A stretch of DNA of 63,567 nucleotides, counting the filler, from Gonapodya sp. JEL0774 (taxonomy: Eukaryota), in NCBI GenBank assembly GCA_027604505.1. It is 41 parts of 41 records of this genome, joined end to end, with 100 filler letters (N's around TTAATTAATTAA, not from the genome) between each part and the next. Parts side by side here need not be neighbours in the genome. Positions count along the whole stretch, not along the records: positions 40,504 to 41,952 come from JADIIX010003130.1; positions 42,053 to 43,499 come from JADIIX010003131.1; positions 43,600 to 45,046 come from JADIIX010003132.1; positions 45,147 to 46,592 come from JADIIX010003133.1; positions 46,693 to 48,137 come from JADIIX010003134.1; positions 48,238 to 49,682 come from JADIIX010003135.1; positions 49,783 to 51,226 come from JADIIX010003136.1; positions 51,327 to 52,770 come from JADIIX010003137.1; 33 more parts are not named here. The stretch is one strand, 5' to 3'. The notes beneath the pieces were generated by a model, which saw only the letters and a list, made by a program, of their open reading frames with translations, was not told the DNA's origin and ran no database searches. Position numbers and translations under genes: made by a program. Below, in pieces: positions 40,566 to 52,917 of the stretch (position 1 is its first letter; each line of letters begins with the position of its first letter).

Positions 40566-41506
40566 CTACAAGCGATACAAGTCAGCCAGGTCGCTTTCTT
40601 TCACGTCTGTTACCAGCATAGACCCAGGGGAGTGCGTGATGCATAACTCGGGCCTGGATGCTAACACCACCGCCTGCGGTGTCACTCCGCACGCCCAGTA
40701 CACAGGCATCTCTCCGGGTAGCACCTCTACCGCGTCGCCAAAGTCAGGCTCTCCGAGATCCTCGATGCCAATCTGCGCGGGGTCGCCAAGGTGGACCGGC
40801 GCGCCGTGGACCTGCGGCAGCTTGGCCGTGATTAGCACAGCCCGGATGGCATCGGCTGGCGACATGGGCCGCATCGTGACAACCATGTTACCACGGAATG
40901 CTCCTGCAGGTGCACAAGGGATGCTGGTCTTGAACATGGCCACGTTTTTGCCCTGAATAACGTGGCGAAGTGGGATGCCGGCGTCGATCAGCGGCTGCTC
41001 GAAAGAAAAGGAGCACCCGAGGACAAATGCGACCAGGTCGTCCCGCCAGAGGTCGTTGATATCGGTGCGCTCTTCCACGAGCTCACCGTGCCGCCACACG
41101 CGGTAGCGAGGGATGTCTGTTCGGATATCCAGGTTCGCACCTTACAAGGCAGATGGAGGAAGAACGAAATGGGGAGGATGGCGAAAAGTGTGAGTGCAGG
41201 AGTACCAAACATCTGACGTTTCGCGCAGACACAAGCAGTATACTCACCGAGCTTGGGAATGTTGGGGTTCCCTGGTTCTGAGACACCCAGCAAGGGGCAT
41301 GGCTTTGGGTTGCGCTCACAAAACTGGAGAAAGTCGGATGCTGCAGAGGCCGGGAGAATGACCAAGTTCCCTTGGACGTAGTTTGGCGCGGTGCCGCTCG
41401 TGTGGCCAGTCCAGGAACCAGAGCGAATCGCAAGGCGAGCGGCAAGGCCGTTCGATGCCGGGAGCGTCCCCTTCGTGGCGAACACGGGATGGGATCCTGT
41501 TGCCAT
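40566..41506 (-). CDS. D-glutamate cyclase / putative hydro-lyase (DUF1445, YcsI-like), one intron 41141-41247
   Basis: [74 protein letters not shown]. Confidence 0.92.
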
Positions 41507-42156
41507 CGTATTGACTGCAACACAGGCTCATGTTTAGTTCGAGCTGTACCCCGGCCCGCGTTCCAGAGTAACCCACCACAGTCGCAATGTTTTTGAGTGA
41601 GATGGTTGTGTTGGTTGAGCGAGTGGAAAGGGACATCCTGATAGCAGCGTCCGCCCTAAACATCTGGTTGTGACCGCAATTGCGGCTGTGGCGAGGTCCG
41701 CTGTCTCCCACGCCCAATACTCTGCGGCTGTCCTTGCGGTACCTGAATCGAGGGCCAGCGGGATGGCATACAGGCAACTTCGAGATGTTGCTCGCGACCG
41801 GAGCGACCACAAAACAGAAAATCTGTGGTGATGGGGCCGGGAGAGCACCCTGCACGGTTCTCCGGGGTACACCGCGGTTGCGCCAGGTTATCGAGCTGTT
41901 GACGAGTGTTCTCCGGCTTTTTTCTTCGGCATCTTGCTTGCTCTCATGGACANNNNNNNNNNNNNNNNNNNNNNNNNNNNNNNNNNNNNNNNNNNNTTAA
42001 TTAATTAANNNNNNNNNNNNNNNNNNNNNNNNNNNNNNNNNNNNNNNNNNNNCGAAATGTCATGCGGCGTCCGATTTGCTGTGTAACCCTATATATTTAC
42101 ACGTTGTATCATGCAAACAACGCCATTACATTCTATTCCAAAAACTGAATGGACAG

Positions 42157-43499
42157 TTACCGACAGCCCTCCCTTATTCCTCCGTTCTGATCACGACCTG
42201 CACTTCCTTCTTCAAAGGCACATGCTTTATCCATACTCCAAAGAATATGCCGATACCAACCACAATGGCCGCTGAGATGAACGAAACGTGAAGCCCGTCG
42301 ACATTGGCTTGGAGGTATGCGGTGTTAAGAGCACTGAGGGCGTCGGCAGGAATGGAGGAAACATCTGCCCTGTGGGCTGAGAAGCGGGTGTTAAGGTAGT
42401 CCGAATAGAGCTAGGAGCGAAAGATGGAAAACATTGAGAATCTTTGCGGCAGTAACAGTTGATTCTGAGAGCTCACCATAATGTCAGCAGCTGGGAGCTG
42501 ATACTGCGCTGCAACAAACACCAGGTATCCGGCGAGTTTTGTCTTGAGCACATTCGAGAACACTGTTTGGAAGGCGGCGATGCCAATAACCCTTCAAAGC
42601 AAAGTCGGTGAAATTGTGAAGCGCATGTTTCAAAACAGAGATGATAAGTAGATCCGAGGTTAAACTCACCCGCCGAGAAGTCGGATAAAATTTGCAACTG
42701 TTGTGCCGGGGCCATTGAGCTAGATTGCGACGAACGAATATTCGATGTTATCTGCGGGTAGATCGCAAAAATTGCCAATTGCTCTCACATGTGCTGGAGA
42801 ACTCGTCTGAGCAATCATTTGCGCACTGTTGATAATGAAGCCGGTTCCAGCACCTGACGTTGTAGGTTCGAGATTCATTCTAAGTCGCGACACCTCATAC
42901 GGAACACGTGTTAAACGTAGAGAGCTCACCTGCTATTATTTGCGGCACAAACTCCATAGCCTTCCCCGTATCCAAGTCCCACACCGTGAATAAGCCGAGT
43001 CCCACTGTGGTAAGAGCCAACCCGATTGCAGGGATCAAACGATACGTGCCCGTTTTAGTGGTGTACATCCCTGCGCCCATGGCAAATATGATGAGGGAAA
43101 CACTAATGATCAGCGAATAAAGGAAGCAAGCTGTGTGAATGGCTTCGGTTTGATCGCGAGTGCAAATGCTCCCGTTACTCACACTTGAGGCAGATTGTTT
43201 ATTCCGCTTTCAGTGGCGGTCATACCGCGTACAGTTTGAAAATAGATCTGCATGAATGTGAGCGTCGGAGGGCAGCAGTTAACATCAGAGTGTTGCGACG
43301 ACGGCGCTTCTGCGAACAGCCGTGGCAACTTCGATACGCATCAACTTACAGGTATGAAGTACGATAAGGCGTACATCGCCCAGCCACCTTTGATGTTGGG
43401 ATAATTCTGACATGAGGATCCGGTGTCGAACTCCTCTGCTCGATAGCACTCACCAAAGAAGAGACAAACATCTGCGATAATATAATTTCGGTTCTTAAA
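42157..43499 (-). CDS. MFS drug:H+ antiporter (DHA2/14-TMS-like), C-terminal exons
   Basis: Hydrophobic segments, TKTGTYR, AQTSSPAH, and an IGVAVL-type region. Confidence 0.7.
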
Positions 43500-43599
43500 N
43501 NNNNNNNNNNNNNNNNNNNNNNNNNNNNNNNNNNNNNNNNNNNTTAATTAATTAANNNNNNNNNNNNNNNNNNNNNNNNNNNNNNNNNNNNNNNNNNNN

Positions 43600-44106
43600 C
43601 TCGGATCCCACGTCCTTCCAAAATTGATTAAAGACGGATACCACATCGAACCAGAATTTGGAAAGGAGGACAGCTCCGTCGTTGTCTCATTCCCGCTCTA
43701 CGCAGGGGACAATGTTCGCACTCTTCAAGACGTTACTATGTGGGAGCAGCTTGGTGTTGCTGCATTTATGCAGCGGTGGTGGTCTGATAACCTCGTTTCA
43801 GTCACTGTGACATTCAAACCCGAAGAGGCACCACAGATTGAACCGGCTTTGAATCTGTACCAGTACCAGATGAAGAGCGTCAGCTTCCTGCAGCTCAACA
43901 CTGACGCGTATGTGCAGGCGCCATACGAAACGATTGACGCCGTCCGGTATGCTCAGGAGTTAAGTGATATCAAAAAACGCAGACATCACATAGTGCAATC
44001 CACGCTAGCCAGCGATACACCAGAAAGTGTACCGATTCTGAAAGATACTCTCGAAGAAGACGGAAGATACGATGCCTTCTGCGATGGCGATAGATGTATG
44101 ATGTAG
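43600..44106 (+). CDS. nrdJ: Class II (adenosylcobalamin-dependent) ribonucleotide reductase, C-terminus (5' partial), intronless
   Basis: GYHIEP..VVVSFP, WEQL..AAFMQRWWSDNLVSVTVTF, KSVSFL, YVQAPYE, and the C-terminal redox pair FCDGDRC. Confidence 0.9.
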   Translation, partial: LGSHVLPKLIKDGYHIEPEFGKEDSSVVVSFPLYAGDNVRTLQDVTMWEQLGVAAFMQRWWSDNLVSVTVTFKPEEAPQIEPALNLYQYQMKSVSFLQLNTDAYVQAPYETIDAVRYAQELSDIKKRRHHIVQSTLASDTPESVPILKDTLEEDGRYDAFCDGDRCMM

Positions 44107-44165
44107 TGCTCGTGTATAATATTTTTTTTACCCGATTTCATCGTGTGGAGCAAAACCAAACGTCT

Positions 44166-45046
44166 ATGGCTACTGCAGTTGGAAGCATATTTTCATTTTC
44201 ATGTGCACAATCTAACTTTACATTTCCTTGGACTTGCTGTACGGGAGGCAGTGAAGACGAACGACAACACGAACATAAACATAAAAAGTCAGGCGGTGGA
44301 TCCTCTTCTGCCACATCGTTGAAATCTATATCTTCTTCGACGTCAACAACCTCTGATAGGCCGCATTATGCTAAAGCAGTCATAGTTCAAGTGTTTGACG
44401 ACATTGAGTTTCGAAGGAACGTCGACTTTTCACGATTACGTGTACATGTCATTTCGACGGATCTAAAATACGTGAATTTTTTGGAAACGTGCCTTGCGTC
44501 ACCGCCGCGTTTGAGCCCCTTTCTGAAAGGCACGGTCTCTGGTAAGACTGGGCGTGTTTTGAGTGGAGTCCCCTTGAACAAGGTACTCACACCAAATTTT
44601 AACCAACTGTATACACGAATTGTCACGCAGGTAAAAAATTCCCAAGCGACTTCACAGTATCATGTTCTAGTGGATGAACGCGAGCATCGTTTTGTACAAG
44701 GCAGCCCAATACTGAACGAGAGCGGAACTATTGTCGGAGTACTTCTTCTGGAAGCTCCATACAATGTCAATGAATCATCCGGTGAGACCTCCATCAACGA
44801 AATAATTGCGAAAGCCCTCTACGCCCTAGTGGATCGTCATGGTGATGTTATTAGAAGCGATACGACATTGAGTGTTCATATTGGAAATCCAAACTCGAGC
44901 GTAAACAGACTGATGCAGAGAGAGCGAATTGCAAATGTATGCGCGAGAGTTCTCGATCTCGCGATCAAGTCCAAGAAGACTATCGCCTTCGAAGCTTTTT
45001 GCGACACTATGCTCTACGAACGAAAATATATCTGTCAGCTGAATAC
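44166..45046 (+). CDS. Intronless hypothetical protein with a PAS-like segment (3' partial)
   Basis: Starts 59 bp after the nrdJ stop. VHVISTDLKY...RFVQGSPILNESGTIVGVLL resembles the PAS/PAC strand motif. Confidence 0.55.
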
Positions 45047-45146
45047 NNNNNNNNNNNNNNNNNNNNNNNNNNNNNNNNNNNNNNNNNNNNTTAATTAATT
45101 AANNNNNNNNNNNNNNNNNNNNNNNNNNNNNNNNNNNNNNNNNNNN

Positions 45147-46538
45147 TCCGGCGCCGAGAAGTAGGACCCGGTGATTGGAGTTGCGAAGAGGGTCTTGACG
45201 TTTTGAAATACTGGCGGGGAGCGGAGATCGTGTCATGTGTTGTTTTGCTTGAGGAGACACAAAGCAGTTGGTGGCGGAAGACTCACCGTTACCCTCAACA
45301 ATAGTGCCGGCAGAGTGACTCGAATCCTCTCCCTCGAATGCATGTCCGGTGTTATCGTAGACGTAGTTGTTGACCTTTGGGGTGGGGTTGTCATTTGTCA
45401 ATAAACTGTTCGTTCCCGAAAAGAAGAGTCCATAGATCATCCACTCACAAAGTGCAAGATTGTGTTGCCTTCAACTTTAGGACTACGCCCCTGCGTGTGA
45501 TAAATGTAGTTGCCCTTCATCGTGACCTTATCTCCCGTTCCAGCAAAGAAGATCGCCCAATAAGCATAGCCGTTACCGCCAGCGCCTGTGCACGTCGTGT
45601 CCCATGACGTGCGACCGTCGATGAAAGAGTTGGAGATCGTGACGGACGGACTCGGGTCGTACCCGAGGACGATGTGCATTCGGCCGATGCGCGCAGTCTT
45701 GTGGAAGCGATGAGGTCAGTGAGATATTTCCCACGGGAGTCGATTGGAAGCCACAAACGAACTGTAACGTGATCAATCCAGACGAGACTCGACCCAAGGA
45801 TTGTGATGGCATCGCCTCCCCAAACGTACTTGGGATTGATGTCCGTGATTGCGATATTTCTAAGCTTAAAATTCTGAGCCCTATGTGCGTGCTTAGGGTT
45901 AAGAGTTGCACTCACTGGATGATGACGTTCTTGGCGTTCTGAATTTTCAGCCCTTTGCCCTTGATAACGCCCGACTTTCCAATGCCGACGAGCGTTTTGC
46001 TGGAGGCGACCGTGAGTCCGTCCGGGCCGGCGGAATTGCTGGGAACGTAATATTGATTTAATTTCCTGATTGGTTCCAGGATTCGGTGACAAAAACGGTC
46101 CAGCGACTTACTATGTGACAGAAACGGGTGCTGCCGCAGAAGGAGCCAAAGTGTTGCACCAATTGTTCGCGTTGATCGCCTGCTGGCAGCCACTTCCTGT
46201 TCCCCAAGGGGCACAACCAGTCGCAGTGATGGTCGAGCCGGTGGTCGTAAAATCAATGCTAAGAGGTTTCGAGGTTATGTACCCACGACTAGATGGGTAC
46301 GTAGAAGGTGCGGTTCGACATACGTTTGCTGCAAGACGATGACGCGCGGAGTGCTATCTGCGAGATACTGCTGCAGCTGCGCGGGGGTCGTTGGGAAGAC
46401 CGCGGCGACGTTGCCACCCCCCACGGTGCCTTTGGCCCATCCCTCCGCGGCGCCTTTCACATACGAGGACTGAGCTTGTCCTCCCGTCGCGAAGGCAAAG
46501 ATCGCGGCGAGTGCCACGAGAAGAATCCGATGCGCCAT
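45147..46538 (-). CDS. Secreted pectin lyase (polysaccharide lyase family 1), multi-exon, 3' partial
   Basis: Signal peptide, [47 protein letters not shown]. Confidence 0.95.
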
Positions 46539-46692
46539 TGTGGAACGGCCCAGTCTGCTCTGGACTTTTGTGTTGGGACCGGTGATTTTTTCNNNNNNNN
46601 NNNNNNNNNNNNNNNNNNNNNNNNNNNNNNNNNNNNTTAATTAATTAANNNNNNNNNNNNNNNNNNNNNNNNNNNNNNNNNNNNNNNNNNNN

Positions 46693-47148
46693 GCGCCTGA
46701 ACTTTGGTCTCTCACCGGGTGGTACTCGTTCCCAGTTGATGTGTACAGCCTTGGAGTGACGCTGTTGTTTGCAATCACAGGGAAAGAGCCATGGGAGGGT
46801 GTGAGAAGTGGTGTGCAGCTTGTTATGAGTGTCAAGAGGGGGTTTTGGGAGAGTGGTGGCAATGAAAATATGCTTGTGGATGAGGTTGTGGAGGAAGACA
46901 GTGTAACTGGCAAGGGTACCGGCACCAGTCCACTCGGTATTGGAACTCCTGTCGTGACAAGGAAACAATCCCGGCGGACTGGACGAAGAGTACTAAGGTT
47001 CCCCAATGGAGAAAAGGTTGACAAGGACATCGAGCACTTGCTTCGAAGGTGTGTGGCAAGGGAGTGGGAGGACCGACCCACGGCGGAGGAAGTTGGGAGA
47101 ATACTGCGGGATGTGGATGATGGTGTTGCTTTAGAGGAGAGACTCTGA
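46693..47148 (+). CDS. Protein kinase C-lobe (5' partial)
   Basis: APEL, DVYSLGV, ITGKEPW, RCV..EDRPTAEEV. Confidence 0.88.
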   Translation, partial: APELWSLTGWYSFPVDVYSLGVTLLFAITGKEPWEGVRSGVQLVMSVKRGFWESGGNENMLVDEVVEEDSVTGKGTGTSPLGIGTPVVTRKQSRRTGRRVLRFPNGEKVDKDIEHLLRRCVAREWEDRPTAEEVGRILRDVDDGVALEERL

Positions 47149-47871
47149 TCGCCGAAACATGGAGTTCTGAGGGCGGACAATCTTTGATCGGTGAACTCTG
47201 TTACATATTCTACGTCTTGGGACTGTCATGAGACTCGCCACAATCCAGTTGGCTGTTAATTCTCCATGTACGCAATTTTGGGTCGCACCACCGTAGTACC
47301 ATTGTTATGTTTGGCGACAGTGCTGTTCTTTGATCCACCCACACTGTCTCTGTACATACCTCCAATTGATCTTCACGTACATTGAGACTGCTGGTCATGT
47401 CATCTAAAGCATCTGCAATGATCTCCTCATTTGTTTGCTCGTCGATCCCGGTGGTGGAATTATCGTGGGTCAAGAAGCTCATCAACCCAACATTACATTA
47501 CAATCAAGTGCCATCAATTTCGTCATTAGTGAGCATGATATGTAGCAGCCAAAGCTCATTTCCTGAAATACATATCTCCCCGCAAGGATCCATTCGCGAT
47601 CGGCGGTTTATCTGCACTCTTTGACCGGACGGTAGTAACAATGAGAGAATCTCAACCACCGACCAAGGTAATCGCCACCCATCGCCTTAGACTCCAGCAT
47701 GATGCGATTGGTTTCCAATGCGTTGACGGCTGACGTGATTTGTTATCTGCCTGAATCAGGGAAGCAACCGAGCTGGTGAGGCGCAGCCTAACGAAACCTT
47801 CAGGTCTTCGCAGGAAACTTGCCGAGACGTGACGAGGAACCAATCGATTTCTGCAATTCTCTCCCGGGAAA

Positions 47872-48137
47872 ATGAGCGACACTGCGTCCGCTTATTCGCC
47901 GTCTCCGCCGCCCTCCTTCTCCACGAACGCGGTGACACTCACGCCTTCCCCAACCCCTGATAGTCCGGTCTTTCGCAGGATCGACCAGTTGAAGGCAAAC
48001 AACGAAGGGATCTACGGCGATGCAACTCCCCCATCGCGTGAAACATCGACGGCGTCGCCCGATTTCGATCTGTCCTCCTTCCTCGCCCAGTTGATGTCCA
48101 AGCGCGTGGATGGAAAATCATTCGTTGTGGATCCGTC
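47872..48137 (+). CDS. Hypothetical N-terminus, possibly a PDR-type ABC transporter
   Basis: ATG start with DFDLSSFL motif. Truncated by the contig end. Confidence 0.3.
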
Positions 48138-48785
48138 NNNNNNNNNNNNNNNNNNNNNNNNNNNNNNNNNNNNNNNNNNNNTTAATTAATTAANNNNNNN
48201 NNNNNNNNNNNNNNNNNNNNNNNNNNNNNNNNNNNNNGAATGCCTGTATCCCGGCACATTTGACTTTTTCGGCCACTCACACAATGTTTGGCACGTCCTG
48301 ATTGTGAGGAAGCTGATTCCAATGCAAATTGTGATTGCACCACACTGACCAAATTAAAACTCATTATTGGGTTTCTTTCTCTTTTTGGTTTTTCTGTGGA
48401 CAACCCAGGTTCTGTCTTGCATGTGTTTTGGAAGGTCCATCTATGAACTGTTTCTCTGGCGAATTGTGACTCCATGTGACGCAAGAATTTTGTTGTGAGC
48501 TATGCTTACTTGGTCCAAGATCACACCATCTGCCAGTTTGTCGGGACGCAATTTGAGCACGACATACGAGAATCGAGAAGTGCGCAATCGATTTCGTTGG
48601 CCTTGTCATGTATGTATTATACGTTATCTGATGTGTACGAGTATAGATAGGGCAACATGTATAAGAAAAGTCCCTATTTCAATAAGTCCAGCAAAACCGC
48701 TCAAACTCGTCAAGTCCTACCAAAAATCTCAACTCGTCGAAACAAACCACTGACACTCACTCCGCCCCCTCGTATCACCGACGTC

Positions 48786-49682
48786 TCACCTCAACACCCT
48801 AGAATCACCGCCCTTTTTGCTACCCCCACCAAACAAGTTCCTCAAACCGCTCACCACCCCGCTCCTATTCTGGACACCACTCCCATCAGCCGATCCTTCT
48901 CCGAGTAACTTATCCACTTCCGAGCGAACCATGTTCAACCCCTCGCGATCTCCTCGCGCGTTCATCTCGTGGATCATCGCCAGCGCAGCAACGAGCAGAT
49001 ACTTCTTGCCTCCGCCTTGTACCTGACCCAAGTCGATGGATGGGCGGGAACTCTGTCCGGGCGATCGTTGGCCATTCATGGGTAGAGTTCGAGAATCTTC
49101 CACTGCAGCTGACATAGATACAGCCGTTGTTGCGGAAGTGGTGTTACTGCTTACCGTGCCCGCATCGTAGACAGACATCCGGCGACCGCCTGCAGCACCT
49201 GGTCCACCACCAGGTGGACCCCTCACGTCCCTCATTCCGCTCATGTACGGATTCGCACTCGCCAGGACATCTCGTTCTTGTCGTGATTTCGACCTCTCCA
49301 CAGCCCCGCCTCCTGCACTCGACCTTGATGGTGGCCTGTCGGGTGCGACAGTTGGTGCAGCTTCGGGCATGCCCACAGCAGACCTAGGGCGAGACGATCC
49401 CGTTGCTCCAACGCTTCCGTGGACAGACACTGGTCGAGAGGTCCCGCTGACGCCTCCATGCACGGACATTGGCCGAGACGCAGATGGTTGGCGTGTTGCA
49501 CTGGACAAAGTGTTATCAGTTCCAGTCCTAGATGGGGTACGAGATCCAGTAGGTCCGGCTGCGGGAGGGGCGTGATTCCGTGGTATGCGCTTGCCATTGG
49601 TGGTTGGCGCATCTGCCAGATCATCCTCAGATCCTGAGTTCGCACCACCCCAACGATCCGAACCAGACTCTGAGCTTTGACG
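48786..49682 (-). CDS. Low-complexity Ser/Arg/Gly-rich protein, C-terminal part
   Basis: Long open frame with repeated SRPxSV motifs. Confidence 0.5.
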   Translation of the reverse strand, partial: RQSSESGSDRWGGANSGSEDDLADAPTTNGKRIPRNHAPPAAGPTGSRTPSRTGTDNTLSSATRQPSASRPMSVHGGVSGTSRPVSVHGSVGATGSSRPRSAVGMPEAAPTVAPDRPPSRSSAGGGAVERSKSRQERDVLASANPYMSGMRDVRGPPGGGPGAAGGRRMSVYDAGTVSSNTTSATTAVSMSAAVEDSRTLPMNGQRSPGQSSRPSIDLGQVQGGGKKYLLVAALAMIHEMNARGDREGLNMVRSEVDKLLGEGSADGSGVQNRSGVVSGLRNLFGGGSKKGGDSRVLR

Positions 49683-49782
49683 NNNNNNNNNNNNNNNNNN
49701 NNNNNNNNNNNNNNNNNNNNNNNNNNTTAATTAATTAANNNNNNNNNNNNNNNNNNNNNNNNNNNNNNNNNNNNNNNNNNNN

Positions 49783-51226
49783 CCGCGACTCGTTGTTTGT
49801 ACTCACCTCGCTCCCGCTTTACAAGAGGTTTCAGAGGACCTATAGTCATGGTTATTGTTGACATACAATTATTACTGTGTGCAAGCTGATAAATGAAAAG
49901 GAATCCCGCGCTTTCAAAGGCAATGAAATCACTCTCGCACAATGCTTTACCAGAAAGGAATCAAACGAAACACATACAAAGAGCTCAGCCCGTCAAGAGT
50001 CGTATAATCAAGTTGCCAGAATATCAAAGCAAATATAGGTACAAGAATCAGGAGCTGCGTGACTGGCATGGCCCCAAACAGATCAGGCCCGTGGTTGTTG
50101 TAGATATTGAGACCTTCTGAAAATGTACACTCACTGCGTGTAGTAAGCTCGGCAAGATCTCGAATGAAGATCTTAGATACAAGATGTGTAAGCACGAGGT
50201 ACTCTTCCATTCGTGATAGCGCAAAGTCCACCAGTCCTAATTCCTGCATGTTCACGAACTCGGACAGGGAACCGTCATCGACTTAATCGAGTCGATTTGG
50301 AAAAGAGTTATGGACGCAAATAATCGCTTGACTCTCCAAATGAGAATAGTGCGTACCGTCAACCAGACCGACATCCTTTTCTGCAATGATCGACGTGAGC
50401 CTGCTCCGAACAACACTCTCCGAACCAAAATCAATGGTATCAACATAAGGAGTGATAAGATCGATCCAGTGGTCCGCAGGATTTGTGTTGAGTGGAATAG
50501 GAAGACCCAGCGAGCCGAAAAACGTGTTCGCACTTTGGACTGTGCCGAAATACAGAACCTGCCCAGCACTAAGTAATATAACCTTGTCAAACAAGGCAAG
50601 GAGATGCTCGCGTGGTTGGTGGATTGATAATAGAATCATGCAGTTCTTGCGGAGTGAGCCCACGTACTCCATGGTGTTGAGTGCGGTTGCGCTGTCTAAT
50701 CCAGTGGTTGGTTCGTCAAGAAAGAGAACAGAGGGACGCTCAAGGAGTTGCACGGCTACTGAAAGACGCTTCGTTTCCCCAGAAGATATCCCCGAGAGTT
50801 GGGATTCTGGGTTTCCAATTCGGTGGGAACTGACTCTGCTTAGTCCCATCTGTGCTCAGTCACACAATACACATGGGCAAAGATTACCTTATGGAGGAAC
50901 TAAGCAAGGAGTGACGAAGAAACTCACTTGATCCAATACCTCCTTCACTCGCTCCCGACGGCCACCAACAGTGGATTCCTTCATGAGAAACTTTGCATGG
51001 TACTCCAAGGTTTCCATAACCGTGAGAGACGCGTAAAAGGAATCGTGTTGCTCCACTGACGTGTATCACGGTTGTCAGATGAGACAAGCTTTGAGAGATG
51101 GGTGCTTGGTTATGACCGTGTATTACCCACCGTATCCGTAAGAGCGTGGCCACGTCTTTGAATTGCGAGGAGAGCCCCCGAACAAAATCTTCCCGGAGAG
51201 TTTTCCTTCACTGAAGCGACCACTGA
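49783..51226 (-). CDS. ABCG-family transporter, NBD and start of TMD (partial)
   Basis: VEQHDSFYASLTVMETL, GISSGETKRLSVA, LFLDEPTTGLDS, SIHQP, NPADH. Confidence 0.93.
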
Positions 51227-51326
51227 NNNNNNNNNNNNNNNNNNNNNNNNNNNNNNNNNNNNNNNNNNNNTTAATTAATTAANNNNNNNNNNNNNNNNNN
51301 NNNNNNNNNNNNNNNNNNNNNNNNNN

Positions 51327-52431
51327 ACCACCTCCGAGGACCATGACGGCGGATCTGAGAACAAATGCGACAGAGGCTCAAAAGAATCAATCGAAATCGA
51401 TTTCGAGTCACCTCATCCCATCCGATAGGTTCACCGTGATGGATTTTGCAACGACTGACGTGTCTGCGGAGAGGCGAGAGAGAAGTTCGCCGGTGCGAGT
51501 GGAATCGAAGAAGGACAGAGGCTAGAGCGAGAGCAGTGAATGTAGGGAAGATCTTTGAGATGTGATTTGTAATTTAACAATATCGGGCGGACGACAGCTC
51601 ACCCGACGAAGGAAACTGTCATAGAGTTGCTTTCGCAGGCGGGCAACTATGCGGTCCCCTATTACCAAAAGCGATAAGTGCGCTTGAAAGTGGATGTTTT
51701 GGGATACATTGGGCTCACCTGAGAAGCGAAATAAGAACTGCCGAGCTGCGTTGGTCACCGCGCCAAAGAGAAAAACGCCGACAATGTATGGGTACATGGC
51801 GGTGAGTGAGGAGAGAGATTGATTGGTGATAATATCGACGATTTTGCCCATGAACCAAGGGACACTTGAGTGATTTTTGTTGCAACGTTACGAATCAAGC
51901 TGAACCAGGAAGTAACTCGGAAGCAAGGTTTCCGCACCTCATGGTCACTGCACTAGAGGCAACGAGCAAGACTCCAGCACCAGCAAGCATTCCGTACTCT
52001 GGTCGTGCAACGTCTATTATCTTTCTTAATTCTGTCCAACCACCAATGCTCCCAGCGGATGTCGCGGCATCCTTTGTCCTGCTCTCCGCTTGAGCGTCAG
52101 GCTTTCTCACCACGTGAGAATGCGGGTCGGTCGGTGAATGTGCGGAAACTTGTGGTGCAGAAGATGCAATATCTGCTGCAGCGAACTTTGATGAAGAGTT
52201 CGTCGGGCTCCCCGTCCTCTCCACGGAGTAATGCCGCCTACTAGTCCAAAGAGTATCCCATCTTCGCGCTGAGTGAGCAAAAGTTCGTGGGCTAAGTGGT
52301 TGTCTTCCGAGGACCAGCGATTCCGCTCTGTGAATATCTGCTGCTGTTATTACGGAAGAAGGGATCAGGACTCTGACGAAGGGCATTGCTCCAGCACTCG
52401 CGCAGATGCGCAGTGAATTTCTGGAGATCAT
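51327..52431 (-). CDS. Mitochondrial ABCB half-transporter (MDL1/ABCB10-like), N-terminal part
   Basis: [55 protein letters not shown]. Confidence 0.88.
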
Positions 52432-52917
52432 TGGCAATGATTGGGAGCAAATCAAAGAAACTGGATGATTATTGACGTGTCCAGTGCGGTTCATCTCGTT
52501 TTTACGGTCAGTTGGGGGTGCATATGCAACGACCACCCTCACCCCGATCCGATCCAGGTTCATCTTCGCTGCACAACCCCAACATCGATCGTACTTTGAC
52601 ACCTCGAAGCCAGTGATCCACCAATCCTCCACAAAGTATCCGCAGTCAGAACCTAAGGGGTTGCAGTTTGATTCCGTTCGGCTCTGCTTCTGCACACTGC
52701 AACAACTGTACTGGTGTTTTCCACCATCGCCGATCCCGTCAGACTCAAATGGACGAATCTGTCATGAAATNNNNNNNNNNNNNNNNNNNNNNNNNNNNNN
52801 NNNNNNNNNNNNNNTTAATTAATTAANNNNNNNNNNNNNNNNNNNNNNNNNNNNNNNNNNNNNNNNNNNNCCTCTTATCAAGTCTCGTGGATTGCATTCA
52901 ACATTTTCTACATTGAG

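Noticed and set aside
47210..47485. Possible pogo/Tigger transposase remnant
   Set aside because: Only a vague acidic-tail resemblance; no DDE motif or terminal inverted repeat visible.
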